A stretch of DNA of 38,198 bases from a virus. Taxonomy: Duplodnaviria; Caudoviricetes. The translations under genes and the position numbers were made by a program. The first letter of the stretch is position 1. Each line of letters begins with the position of its first letter. Location: the IMG/VR virus record IMGVR_UViG_3300020043_004799, positions 1 to 38,198 of that record, one strand, 5' to 3'. Below the pieces are notes generated by a model that was given only the letters and a program-made list of their open reading frames with translations, was not told where the DNA came from and did not search any database. This document shows, in pieces, positions 6,604 to 14,118 of the stretch.

Positions 6604-7007
6604 GCTTTGGCTCCTTTGATGGCGGCGAGGATGGCATGCGCCAAATTATCTGCATGAGTTTTCCACTCCGCGCGGGGATTTGGGGTAACCCCTCCAAGAG
6701 GGCCGAGAGTTTGACATATCTTTGCCGCCTCCCGCATCCCCTGCGCCCGTGCTTCTGCCCGCACAGCGTCCATCGCGGCGTTTTGATCGGGGGTGGGCAG
6801 GGATGAAGTATGTAATGTAATCACACGATTGGACCACACTGCAAGCTGTCCCTGCGCCCACTCTGCTTTTTCTTTCCATGCGGCGCGTTCTTCTCCGCAG
6901 GCGTGCGCTTCTGCCACAGCCGCAGCGGTTTCTGCGCGGGATTGGGTCAGGGCGAGTTCGAGGGCTTTGATGCGGTGCTTACGCCCCCCAAGTAGGTCGT
7001 CTGTCAT
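6600..7007 (-). CDS. Mosaic early protein (paralogous scaffold to 2982..3461)
   Basis: TDDL, RIKALELALT, TPDQ, AILAA motifs. Confidence 0.7.
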   Translation of the reverse strand: MTDDLLGGRKHRIKALELALTQSRAETAAAVAEAHACGEERAAWKEKAEWAQGQLAVWSNRVITLHTSSLPTPDQNAAMDAVRAEARAQGMREAAKICQTLGPLGGVTPNPRAEWKTHADNLAHAILAAIKGAKA

Positions 7008-7189
7008 CAATTCGCCCCCATGATTTTGAAATGCCGATCAAACACGCGCTGGGCTGTCAGTTTTGCCGCCTCATCACCGCCGATCACCTGCGCGGCGGTA
7101 TCGACCAGCAGGCATTCATCGGCCCACCCCTCCGCGACGAGGTTTCGCATGGTATTCAGCGCGCGGCTTTCGTTGTGATTGCGTGTCAT
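7007..7189 (-). CDS. Hypothetical protein
   Basis: Fills the operon between ssb and the next gene. Confidence 0.55.
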   Translation of the reverse strand: MTRNHNESRALNTMRNLVAEGWADECLLVDTAAQVIGGDEAAKLTAQRVFDRHFKIMGAN

Positions 7190-7190
7190 G

Positions 7191-7592
7191 TCAGAACGGG
7201 ATTTCATCGTCTAAATCGGTGCGCCCATATCCAGTCTCAGATCCACCCTGACCGCCGCGTGGTTCGTCGTCCTGCCGTTGGCCATCGGACTTGCCGCCGC
7301 CTTGGAATGACAGATCATTGACTGTGATGCCAAGATACGCTTTGCCATCGTGCGCGCGCGCCGTGGGCCTGCCGCTGAGTGTCAGCTTGCCGCCCTTGGT
7401 GATGTGATTTTGCAGCGACGTGGCGCGCTTGCCCCAGATCGAGCAATCATACCACGTTGCATCGCGCTTGTTGCCCTGCGCGTCTTTTCCGTTGTCCACG
7501 GCCAGCGAGAAATTCAGCACGGCCTCGCCGCCTTGCGTGTTACGCAGAACGGCATCCTTGCCGACTGTGCCTGCGATTGTCAGAATTTGCAT
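7191..7592 (-). CDS. ssb: Single-stranded DNA-binding protein
   Basis: OB-fold motifs, Gly-rich linker, DDEIPF tail. Confidence 0.95.
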   Translation of the reverse strand: MQILTIAGTVGKDAVLRNTQGGEAVLNFSLAVDNGKDAQGNKRDATWYDCSIWGKRATSLQNHITKGGKLTLSGRPTARAHDGKAYLGITVNDLSFQGGGKSDGQRQDDEPRGGQGGSETGYGRTDLDDEIPF

Positions 7593-8275
7593 CAGATTGC
7601 CCTTTTCTCTTTGTAATTGCGAACCGCATCTTCCGGCATCCGCTTTGCGTTTTTCGCCACATATGCCTCAATAAAGGCGGTCATGGCATCCCGATCATTT
7701 GCCGCGATCCAGTGCAGCGCTTTGCGATGGTCGATGATCTCATAGCAATCATACCAGCGCATACCCTTCACGGTGTCATTCTTCGCCGCCATAGCTGCCC
7801 GCTGCGCAGCCTCTGCCTGAGCCTGTGCGGCTGCGGCTTGGCGCTGCGCCTCGATGTTGCTGGCGTCCGCCATGCGCGCGGCTTCCTGCGCCTTTCGGGT
7901 GGCCTCCCACGCCTCGGCCTCGGCCTTCTTGCGCGCGGCCTCCTTTTCCGCTGCCAGCTTGCGCTTGAACGTGTCCACCGCCGCGACAAGCCCTTTCACG
8001 ATGCGGTCAAGGTCAGTGATAGTCGGCGCAAACTTGGCCTTCTCCGCCTTCCACTGGTCATAGATCGGTTTCGCGGCGCTTTCCTCAGCAGCCTCGACGG
8101 CTTTCTTTGCCGCTTTGATTTCCTTGGTCAGCGCATCAACCGCCTTCATCTGGCCTTCGGTTTCAACAGGCTTCCCGTCAAGCCAGCCTTCTGCCTCAGT
8201 GATGGTATCGCCAAACGGCTCTAGCGCCTCGTCAATCGGGTTCGGCGGGTTGTTGTGAAGTTTGGTCACTTGCAT
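7592..8275 (-). CDS. Coiled-coil recombination-module protein
   Basis: HNNPP N-terminus, long Ala/Glu/Lys helix, between erf and ssb. Confidence 0.7.
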   Translation of the reverse strand: MQVTKLHNNPPNPIDEALEPFGDTITEAEGWLDGKPVETEGQMKAVDALTKEIKAAKKAVEAAEESAAKPIYDQWKAEKAKFAPTITDLDRIVKGLVAAVDTFKRKLAAEKEAARKKAEAEAWEATRKAQEAARMADASNIEAQRQAAAAQAQAEAAQRAAMAAKNDTVKGMRWYDCYEIIDHRKALHWIAANDRDAMTAFIEAYVAKNAKRMPEDAVRNYKEKRAI

Positions 8276-8285
8276 GTCATTCCCC

Positions 8286-8939
8286 TCAATATGGAATTTT
8301 GTCTTGCCCAAGGTCGTCGCGCATTCCTTGCAGTTGGGTCTTTCGCTTGTCTTTCTCGGCAATCACGCGGGTATCGGCCTGAACGGGCTTTGCCAGCGTC
8401 CGCCATACGCCTGCCAGATCGTCGAGGCTGTCGGCACTGGACAGCATGACGCAAGCCGAACCAACGGAGACCTCATGCGTTCCATCGATAGCGTCCTGAT
8501 TTTTAGGACGGTCCGGCTTCGGTGCAGCCTTCGCAGCGGCGTTGCCATCGTCATCCTCCGGCGCGATGCCAGTGACACTTTCAAGCCCGATCCGCTTGGC
8601 ATATGTGGTAGCGGACTTCATGCCCTGCATGTCGTTCTTGCTGACAATAAGCGGAACGTCGCAATCAATCCGCGTTTCGCTTTCCCCATGCACAAGTGAT
8701 GTTCGCATGTCCAGTCCGCCGCCTTCGGTGCGGATAATCTGGTGAAAGTATGCCAGACCATTTTCGACAAGCGCGGGTCGAACCGCTGACACAACGTCAG
8801 ACAGATCTGCATAGGCGGTGCCTTTCGGTTTCCCCTCGCCCTTGAACGCTGGGTTGATTGCGCCCTTGATGACAGGCTCCATTGCCATTTGTGCGGCTGA
8901 CAGCGCGGTGAATACGTTCTTGTGCGCGGTCATGATCAC
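8286..8939 (-). CDS. erf: ERF-family single-strand annealing protein
   Basis: NPAFK..YADLSDV..QGMKSATTYAKRIGL..EDDDG. Confidence 0.9.
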   Translation of the reverse strand: MIMTAHKNVFTALSAAQMAMEPVIKGAINPAFKGEGKPKGTAYADLSDVVSAVRPALVENGLAYFHQIIRTEGGGLDMRTSLVHGESETRIDCDVPLIVSKNDMQGMKSATTYAKRIGLESVTGIAPEDDDGNAAAKAAPKPDRPKNQDAIDGTHEVSVGSACVMLSSADSLDDLAGVWRTLAKPVQADTRVIAEKDKRKTQLQGMRDDLGQDKIPY

Positions 8940-9178
8940 ACCATGCCCAGCGCGTTGCGATACATGTCCTCGATAGCCTCGAACTCGGCTAGAGCGTCGC
9001 GGGCGATCTTGCGGTCGCGGATCACTTTCTTCATCACCTTGGTTTCGTATCCGCGCCCCTTGGCTTCGGCGAACAACTCCTTTTCCTGATCGGTGATGTC
9101 TTTTTTCTCAGCGGCAAGCTGTTCTGCCCGCTCGATAAATTGGCGCAGTTCGGCCTCGGTTGCGTTAATGTCGGTCAT
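8936..9178 (-). CDS. gapR: GapR (DUF2312) nucleoid-associated protein homologue
   Basis: ELRQFIERAEQL..EKK..AEAKGRGYETKVMKKVI..MYRNALGM. Confidence 0.9.
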   Translation of the reverse strand: MTDINATEAELRQFIERAEQLAAEKKDITDQEKELFAEAKGRGYETKVMKKVIRDRKIARDALAEFEAIEDMYRNALGMV

Positions 9179-9200
9179 TGGTTTTGCTCCTTGCTTGGTC

Positions 9201-9233
9201 TTGACACCATACCAAACGCGCGGCATTATGCAA
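9201..9233. promoter_or_regulatory. Overlapping divergent promoters 2
   Basis: Plus TTGACA-N17-CATTAT (9201-9229); minus TTGCAT-N16-TATGGT (9233-9206). Confidence 0.6.
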
Positions 9234-9258
9234 GGGCAAATGGCAAGGAAAGTGCAAA

Positions 9259-9510
9259 ATGACAGTCGATGAAATCAAGGCGGCGATTGCCGGAATGTCG
9301 CCAACGGCGGTTGCCGATGCGTCAGGTGTGGCGGTGCGGGCGATCTACAACATCAACAACGGGCTTGTCACTCCATCGCGCAAGACGCTGGATAAGCTGG
9401 AGGTTTGGCTGAACGGGTCGAAGCTGCCGCAGACCCAAGCGGAGTTGGATGCGGTCACAACCCGCGCCTTCAAGGCTGGGGCCGCTTGGGCGTGTAAGGT
9501 GAGCTTGTGA
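9259..9510 (+). CDS. XRE/Cro-like HTH regulator
   Basis: VADASGVAVRAIYNINNG..PSRKTLDKL. Confidence 0.8.
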   Translation: MTVDEIKAAIAGMSPTAVADASGVAVRAIYNINNGLVTPSRKTLDKLEVWLNGSKLPQTQAELDAVTTRAFKAGAAWACKVSL

Positions 9511-9794
9511 TGTGGGGAAATGCTATCGTTGCGGCGTGGAAACGCCTTTGGCAATCCGACTCCCAGGTCTCTACACCAAGCTCGCCCCAGACAAGCGCGG
9601 CAGGTTGTGGTTCTGCACTTCACACGAGGCGGATGCAGTCGCGCGCCGAGACGCAGCAACAGGCGTTCCAACGGCTGCAAAGCCTGCGGGCGCAGATCGC
9701 GGTGACAAACAAATTCAACCCACGCCGCGCCGATCTGGAAAGCCAAGCGCGCCAAGCGGTCAGGGTGATCTTTTCTGAGGGAGTGAACAAATGA
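9507..9794 (+). CDS. Hypothetical protein (frame coupled to both neighbours)
   Basis: GTGA/TGATG overlap upstream and ATGA overlap downstream. Confidence 0.45.
   Translation: MMWGNAIVAAWKRLWQSDSQVSTPSSPQTSAAGCGSALHTRRMQSRAETQQQAFQRLQSLRAQIAVTNKFNPRRADLESQARQAVRVIFSEGVNK
9512..9778 (+). CDS. Zinc-finger protein with C-terminal clamp-binding-like motif, nested in 9507..9794
   Basis: CYRC..WFCTSH and terminal QGDLF. Confidence 0.6.
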   Translation: MGKCYRCGVETPLAIRLPGLYTKLAPDKRGRLWFCTSHEADAVARRDAATGVPTAAKPAGADRGDKQIQPTPRRSGKPSAPSGQGDLF

Positions 9795-10798
9795 CCGCAC
9801 CGGAACGCTACCGCAAGAAACCTGTCGTTATTGATGCGATCCAATGGACAGGCGACAACCTTCGCGCTGTGATCTGCTTTACGGATGGGCCGCCAGACAC
9901 TCGCACAAACCACGCGGGGATGATGTGGGGGAAGTATGAAGATTTGGTCCAGCGCGAGGGGCTTAAAATCTACACGCTTGAAGGCGCGATGAATGCCAAC
10001 ATTGGCGACTACATCATCAAAGGCGTTAAGGGCGAGTTCTACCCGTGCAAGCCCGACATTTTCGCCGCCACCTATGATCCCGCCGACCTTGCCGCCGTTC
10101 CCACGCAGGTGAGGGTCAAGCCGCTGGTATTTGACTGGCACAAGGACGAGGACAGTCCAAACCCATCATGCTGGCGAGCAGATGGTGATGGTTTTTTTGC
10201 CTATGTCCTTATCCCGTTTGAACCCAATTCCGATCCGCACCGTGGCTTTGGGCAATGGAACGCAAACCCTAACCATCGCGGTCAGACAGGGTTCAGTTCG
10301 CGCGAACATGCGATGGCCTATTGCGAAACGACTATCCGAGATCAGGCCCAAGAAGATTTGAGCCACGCGATGCGGGCGATAGCGACGTGGGGCGTCGAAC
10401 CGCAGCCAGACCGCCGCATAGCAGACTACGAACAAGCCTATCAGTATGCACTAACATTGGCTGACGCGCTGATAGCAAAGCATTACCCAGACAATAAAGA
10501 CTGGCGACCGCTTGGAGACCTTACGGGGTTACTGACGCAGATCGACAATATGGTTGCGGGCAAGAAGCCCGACCCCCGCGACGAGGTGATTGCGCGGCTG
10601 GTGGAGGCGGCAGAAAAAACACTGGTGGCGGGTGAATTGCGCGAGGCATACCACCGGCTGCCGAATGACAAAAATAGGATCGGTGATGCGAAATCTCCCA
10701 AAAGCAAGGCCCGCGACGCTTGGCTGAAATATTTTCGTCGCGCAACTTCTGCGACTGCCACCGCCCTCGCAGCGGCCAAGGCGGTGCAGCATGACTGA
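9791..10798 (+). CDS. Mosaic early protein R; first module is the widespread phage YRKKPVV..GEFYPCKPDIF domain
   Basis: Four boxes shared with 2219..2746. Confidence 0.85.
   Translation: MTAPERYRKKPVVIDAIQWTGDNLRAVICFTDGPPDTRTNHAGMMWGKYEDLVQREGLKIYTLEGAMNANIGDYIIKGVKGEFYPCKPDIFAATYDPADLAAVPTQVRVKPLVFDWHKDEDSPNPSCWRADGDGFFAYVLIPFEPNSDPHRGFGQWNANPNHRGQTGFSSREHAMAYCETTIRDQAQEDLSHAMRAIATWGVEPQPDRRIADYEQAYQYALTLADALIAKHYPDNKDWRPLGDLTGLLTQIDNMVAGKKPDPRDEVIARLVEAAEKTLVAGELREAYHRLPNDKNRIGDAKSPKSKARDAWLKYFRRATSATATALAAAKAVQHD
10081..10127 (+). repeat. Box B, right copy
   Basis: Inverted copy of 2578-2624. Confidence 0.95.
10566..10609 (+). repeat. Box C, right copy
   Basis: Inverted copy of 2390-2433. 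Confidence 0.95.
10761..10798 (+). repeat. Box D, right copy
   Basis: Inverted copy of 2219-2256. Confidence 0.95.
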
Positions 10799-11189
10799 GG
10801 CAAAAATTCACCGATCTATCATCGCATGGCTGCGCGCGGTCCTGCCGGATGCCATTATCCATCATAGCGCCAATGAAGGGGTGCGCGGAGGCAAGGCTGG
10901 AATGCTGGACGGGGCGCGCAAGAAAGTCATGGGTCAGGTAGCGGGCTTCCCTGACATTCAGGTGATAACGTGGCAGCATGTGCCTGCCATGTTCTTCGAG
11001 GTCAAAGCACCTACAGGCAGCGTGTCGAAAGAGCAGGCTGCGATAATCAAGCGGCTGTCCGAGTTCGGCTATCGGTGCGCCGTGGTGCGGTCTATTGACG
11101 ATGTGCGGGCGCGCCTGTTTGAATGGGGGGTTCCGACGAAAGAAGCGGGGAACCTTGTGCGCTTGCAGGTCAAAGGACCGATCACATGA
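10791..11189 (+). CDS. VRR-NUC domain nuclease
   Basis: TEAKIH..HSANEG..GFPD..FFEVK..G.VSKEQ. Confidence 0.9.
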   Translation: MTEAKIHRSIIAWLRAVLPDAIIHHSANEGVRGGKAGMLDGARKKVMGQVAGFPDIQVITWQHVPAMFFEVKAPTGSVSKEQAAIIKRLSEFGYRCAVVRSIDDVRARLFEWGVPTKEAGNLVRLQVKGPIT

Positions 11190-11548
11190 CACACATTATC
11201 ACTGACGAAACCCACGCGCTACGGCGGCGTGTAGATCGGCTAGAAGCGCGTGTTCTGGACCTGACCGCAGAACTGCGGCGATTGCTTCCTAAGCCTTCGC
11301 AGCGACTGCCAGACGCAGAGACGCACCTAACCGTCATGTCTATAGTTGACGATGTGGCGGAAACCCACGGGATAACGCAGGCGGAAATATTGGGCAGAAA
11401 CCGTCAGGCGCATATCGTAAGAGCGCGTCATGAGTGCTTTGGCATAGCCAAGGGCGCTGGCGTTTCCTACGCGGACATTGGCCGATCAATGGGCCGCGAC
11501 CACACGGCTATCATGCACGGGGTGAAAAAGTGGAACTCTGGGACTTGA
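11186..11548 (+). CDS. Protein with DnaA C-terminal (domain IV)-like HTH
   Basis: EILGRNRQAHIVRAR..SYADIGRSMGRDHTAIMHGVKK. Confidence 0.8.
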   Translation: MTHIITDETHALRRRVDRLEARVLDLTAELRRLLPKPSQRLPDAETHLTVMSIVDDVAETHGITQAEILGRNRQAHIVRARHECFGIAKGAGVSYADIGRSMGRDHTAIMHGVKKWNSGT

Positions 11549-11703
11549 TCGACGCCGTGGAGGAACGCGCGGCAATCATCGAGGAGGGCGAAAAATGCCG
11601 CCGTGAGACTGCCGAGAACCACGCGGCGCGGCTGCACGGGTTTGCGGACTGGTCGGCGTATCGCGCGCATGTCAGGGCGATGCAGTCCAAGGCTATGAAA
11701 TGA
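11530..11703 (+). CDS. Hypothetical protein (ERAAI.E motif)
   Basis: EERAAIIEEG..R..AE motif common in phage replication regions; GTG start inferred. Confidence 0.55.
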   Translation: MELWDLIDAVEERAAIIEEGEKCRRETAENHAARLHGFADWSAYRAHVRAMQSKAMK

Positions 11704-11708
11704 ACAAA

Positions 11709-11738
11709 GCCGCGCTTTTCGGGCGCGGCCTTGCTTTT
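11709..11738 (+). terminator. Probable terminator
   Basis: GCCGCGC/GCGCGGC stem then CTTGCTTTT. Confidence 0.5.
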
Positions 11739-11759
11739 GCCGTGGTGGCGGCGTATGGT
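11731..11759 (+). promoter_or_regulatory. Sigma70-like promoter for replication genes
   Basis: TTGCTT-N17-TATGGT. Confidence 0.45.
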
Positions 11760-11839
11760 TGCGGCATCACATCGCAGGTTGTTGTTATCATGGGTGGTGC
11801 CGTGATGCAAGACCCTGCCCCAAAGAGGGCGTTTTCCCA

Positions 11840-12550
11840 ATGAACGGATTGCCATATTACAAGGCGTATCCACGAGACTTTTTTGAGGGGACAGTGGCCA
11901 TGCCATTTGACCTCAAGAGCGCGTATAGGCTCATTCTTGACCTGATCTACATGCATGGCGGAGCGCTTCCTGACGAGCCGAGATTTATCGCTGGCAACCT
12001 CGGATGCAGCGTCAGGGCGTGGTCTGGATACCGCGCGAAACTGATCGGCATGGGGAAAATATCGGCTGATCTTGGGATTATCTCCAATTTACGCGCGAAT
12101 AAAGAGCTGGATAATCTTGGGATGTTTCAAGATAAACAGCGCGAAAACGCAAGTAAACCAAGGAAAAGCAATGGCTTAGCGAACGCCATGGCTGAGCCAA
12201 AACCTAGCCATACAGAACCAGAACCAGATACAGAAAGAGTAGAAGCTAAAGCTTCTAAGCAAAAACGCCGATGCAGACTGCCAGACGGATGGGTTCCAAG
12301 CCCGAGAAACATGCAGGACGCCGCCGAAAAAGGTTTCACAGAAAGGGATGCCGAAAATGAAGCCGACAAGTTCAGAGATTACCACATCGCCAAAGGCACC
12401 ATCTACGCAGATTGGGACGCAGGTTGGCGAACTTGGATTGGCAGGGCTAGACCTAACGCGGGTGGCAACGCCAGATCAGGCAGCGCACATCAAAACCTAT
12501 TCGACGGGTTTCAACGGGCAGCACTTCGAGACGAAAGCCGCGCGGGATGA
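11840..12550 (+). CDS. DUF1376 (YdaU-like) replication initiator with DnaT-like C-terminal domain
   Basis: LPYYKAYPRDF..AYRLILDLIY; LPDGWVP..KFRDYH..DWDAGWRTWI. Confidence 0.8.
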   Translation: MNGLPYYKAYPRDFFEGTVAMPFDLKSAYRLILDLIYMHGGALPDEPRFIAGNLGCSVRAWSGYRAKLIGMGKISADLGIISNLRANKELDNLGMFQDKQRENASKPRKSNGLANAMAEPKPSHTEPEPDTERVEAKASKQKRRCRLPDGWVPSPRNMQDAAEKGFTERDAENEADKFRDYHIAKGTIYADWDAGWRTWIGRARPNAGGNARSGSAHQNLFDGFQRAALRDESRAG

Positions 12551-12983
12551 TGGCGCAGCGCTAGCTGATTGGCTGGCACGTCCTGCGCCGCGTTCGTGGC
12601 TTCTGTCGCGCATTGCAGCCCTTCTCAGCCACTACTTCACCGCATCAACAGACGCGCGGGTTGTGGAGGCCATGGCCGACGATTGGGCCGCGACGTTATC
12701 CAACTATCCGGCATGGGCCGTTGCCGATGCTTGCCGCTGGTGGATCAGCGCAGAGAATGAACGGCATAGGTTCAAGCCGCTTCCGGGTGAAATCAGCACC
12801 AGATGCATGCATGAGACGGAAAGGCTTCGGCTGGCAAAGCTGTTGATTGCTCGGTTCGATGCTGCAAACGGCGCGGCATTGCCAGTATTCACCGCGCCGG
12901 AACAACCCCGTGAGCGCGTCACCGCAGAACGTGCCGCCGACATTCTGCGCGATGTTGGATTTTCGCCGAAGCGGATGGAATAA
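12348..12983 (+). CDS. Initiator partner (helicase-loader-like); true start uncertain, probably downstream
   Basis: DWAATLSNYPAWAVADACRWW..KPLPGEI; follows initiator. Confidence 0.55.
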   Translation: MPKMKPTSSEITTSPKAPSTQIGTQVGELGLAGLDLTRVATPDQAAHIKTYSTGFNGQHFETKAARDDGAALADWLARPAPRSWLLSRIAALLSHYFTASTDARVVEAMADDWAATLSNYPAWAVADACRWWISAENERHRFKPLPGEISTRCMHETERLRLAKLLIARFDAANGAALPVFTAPEQPRERVTAERAADILRDVGFSPKRME

Positions 12984-13040
12984 CTCTTGCAGGCGTAACG
13001 GCACTGTGCAATGATAAATCACCAAGCAAGGATAACACAC

Positions 13041-13598
13041 ATGGACCTGACATACAAATCAACCACCACGCTAGCCCGCATTCGCGCGAACAGACCCTGC
13101 CGCGAAGGGTGGGAGAAACTGCTGGCGCATCTTGGCAAAACCAAGGCCGACGACGAACCGCTGCCGCTGCTGACCGTGCTTGACAGCAACGGCCTTGATG
13201 ATGCGCTGTGGGTTCTGTCATTCGCAATGCCAGATGATCGGCTTACGCGTCATTTTCAGGCGTGGTGCGCGGATCAGGTGCTGCATTTATTCGAGGATGA
13301 ACGCCCAAATGATGCGCGTGTGCGTGATCAGATCGCAATTCTGCGGAATGATGATGCGACGGACAAAGAGCGGGCTGACGCACGGGCTGCTGCATGGGCT
13401 GCCTCAGGGGCTACCTCAGGGGCTGCTGCACGGACTGCCGCACGGGCTGCTGCACTGGATGCGGCACTGGATGCGGCACGGGTTTCCGCACTGGCTGCTG
13501 CATGGGCTGCCTCAGGGGCTGCTGCACGGACTGCCGCATTAGATGCCGCAGGGGATGCCCAAGAAAAGCAACTTCGCAAAATGATTGGCGGTGTGTGA
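13041..13598 (+). CDS. Phage protein with Ala-rich tetrapeptide repeats (Imm5-like)
   Basis: PCREGWEKLL..NGLDDALW then ARAA/AWAA repeats. Confidence 0.8.
   Translation: MDLTYKSTTTLARIRANRPCREGWEKLLAHLGKTKADDEPLPLLTVLDSNGLDDALWVLSFAMPDDRLTRHFQAWCADQVLHLFEDERPNDARVRDQIAILRNDDATDKERADARAAAWAASGATSGAAARTAARAAALDAALDAARVSALAAAWAASGAAARTAALDAAGDAQEKQLRKMIGGV
13380..13559 (+). repeat. 15 degenerate 12-bp tandem units
   Basis: GCACGGGCTGCT / GCATGGGCTGCC / TCAGGGGCTGCT / GCACTGGATGCG variants in register. Confidence 0.9.
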
Positions 13599-13954
13599 TG
13601 GACCTGACGAAAATCGACAAGCCATTTGGCGAACTGGACGACGCCACCAAGGGCGCGCTGCTGCTGGCCGCGCATCGTGGTGAGGTGATTGAGTATTGCA
13701 CCGGAGCAAGTGTTAAATCTCCAATCTGGGATAATCATACTATCTACCGCGTCCAGCCCAAGCCCGTGATCGGCGAGGTGGTGATGCATGGTGTTATGCA
13801 GACGATATATCCACTGATTAAAACACCTTCTTGGGTATACGAAGAGCCATTCCAGCTTGTAACCTTCACCTTTCCCACCCGCGACGGCCTGCACATTCCC
13901 GGCGTCTACACCTCACCGGATGGCATGCAAATCAAGATCGAGGTGGCGGAATGA
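13598..13954 (+). CDS. Hypothetical protein
   Basis: TGATG-coupled start MDLTKIDKPFG. Confidence 0.7.
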   Translation: MDLTKIDKPFGELDDATKGALLLAAHRGEVIEYCTGASVKSPIWDNHTIYRVQPKPVIGEVVMHGVMQTIYPLIKTPSWVYEEPFQLVTFTFPTRDGLHIPGVYTSPDGMQIKIEVAE

Positions 13955-14118
13955 GTGACGAGGGGCAGGCTTTTTTGACTGGTGTTGCTATGACGGCTTT
14001 CTTTACCTTCCTGTTTTTTCAGGTTGTAGAGGGTGCATGTCAGCAAAAACACGACGTAGCTGATTGCGAATGGGCGCAGTCGCCTTTCACCCCAACTGCG
14101 CCAGAGGCCCGCAAATGA
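13951..14118 (+). CDS. Small membrane protein
   Basis: ATGA coupling; hydrophobic FLTGVAMTAFFTFLFF. Confidence 0.6.
   Translation: MSDEGQAFLTGVAMTAFFTFLFFQVVEGACQQKHDVADCEWAQSPFTPTAPEARK

Noticed and set aside
2219-10798. Dedicated invertase for the inverted boxes
   Set aside because: No serine or tyrosine recombinase motif in any ORF, and boxes A-D do not share a common core
12213-12237. CAGAAC-type 6-bp repeats as origin iterons
   Set aside because: Explained by the EPEPDTE linker; too short to call an origin
13380-13559. CRISPR array or DGR repeat
   Set aside because: Contiguous 12-bp coding units with no spacers; no cas or reverse transcriptase gene recognised
1219-13592. 14-bp repeat AAATGATTGGCGGT at 1219 and 13579
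   Set aside because: A few matches of this length are expected by chance in 38 kb, and the contexts are unrelated
13180-13597. Cys-rich (GCCTGC) and HGLLHGLP alternative-frame ORFs
   Set aside because: By-products of the 12-bp repeat; the Ala frame has the RBS and the recognisable N-terminal domain
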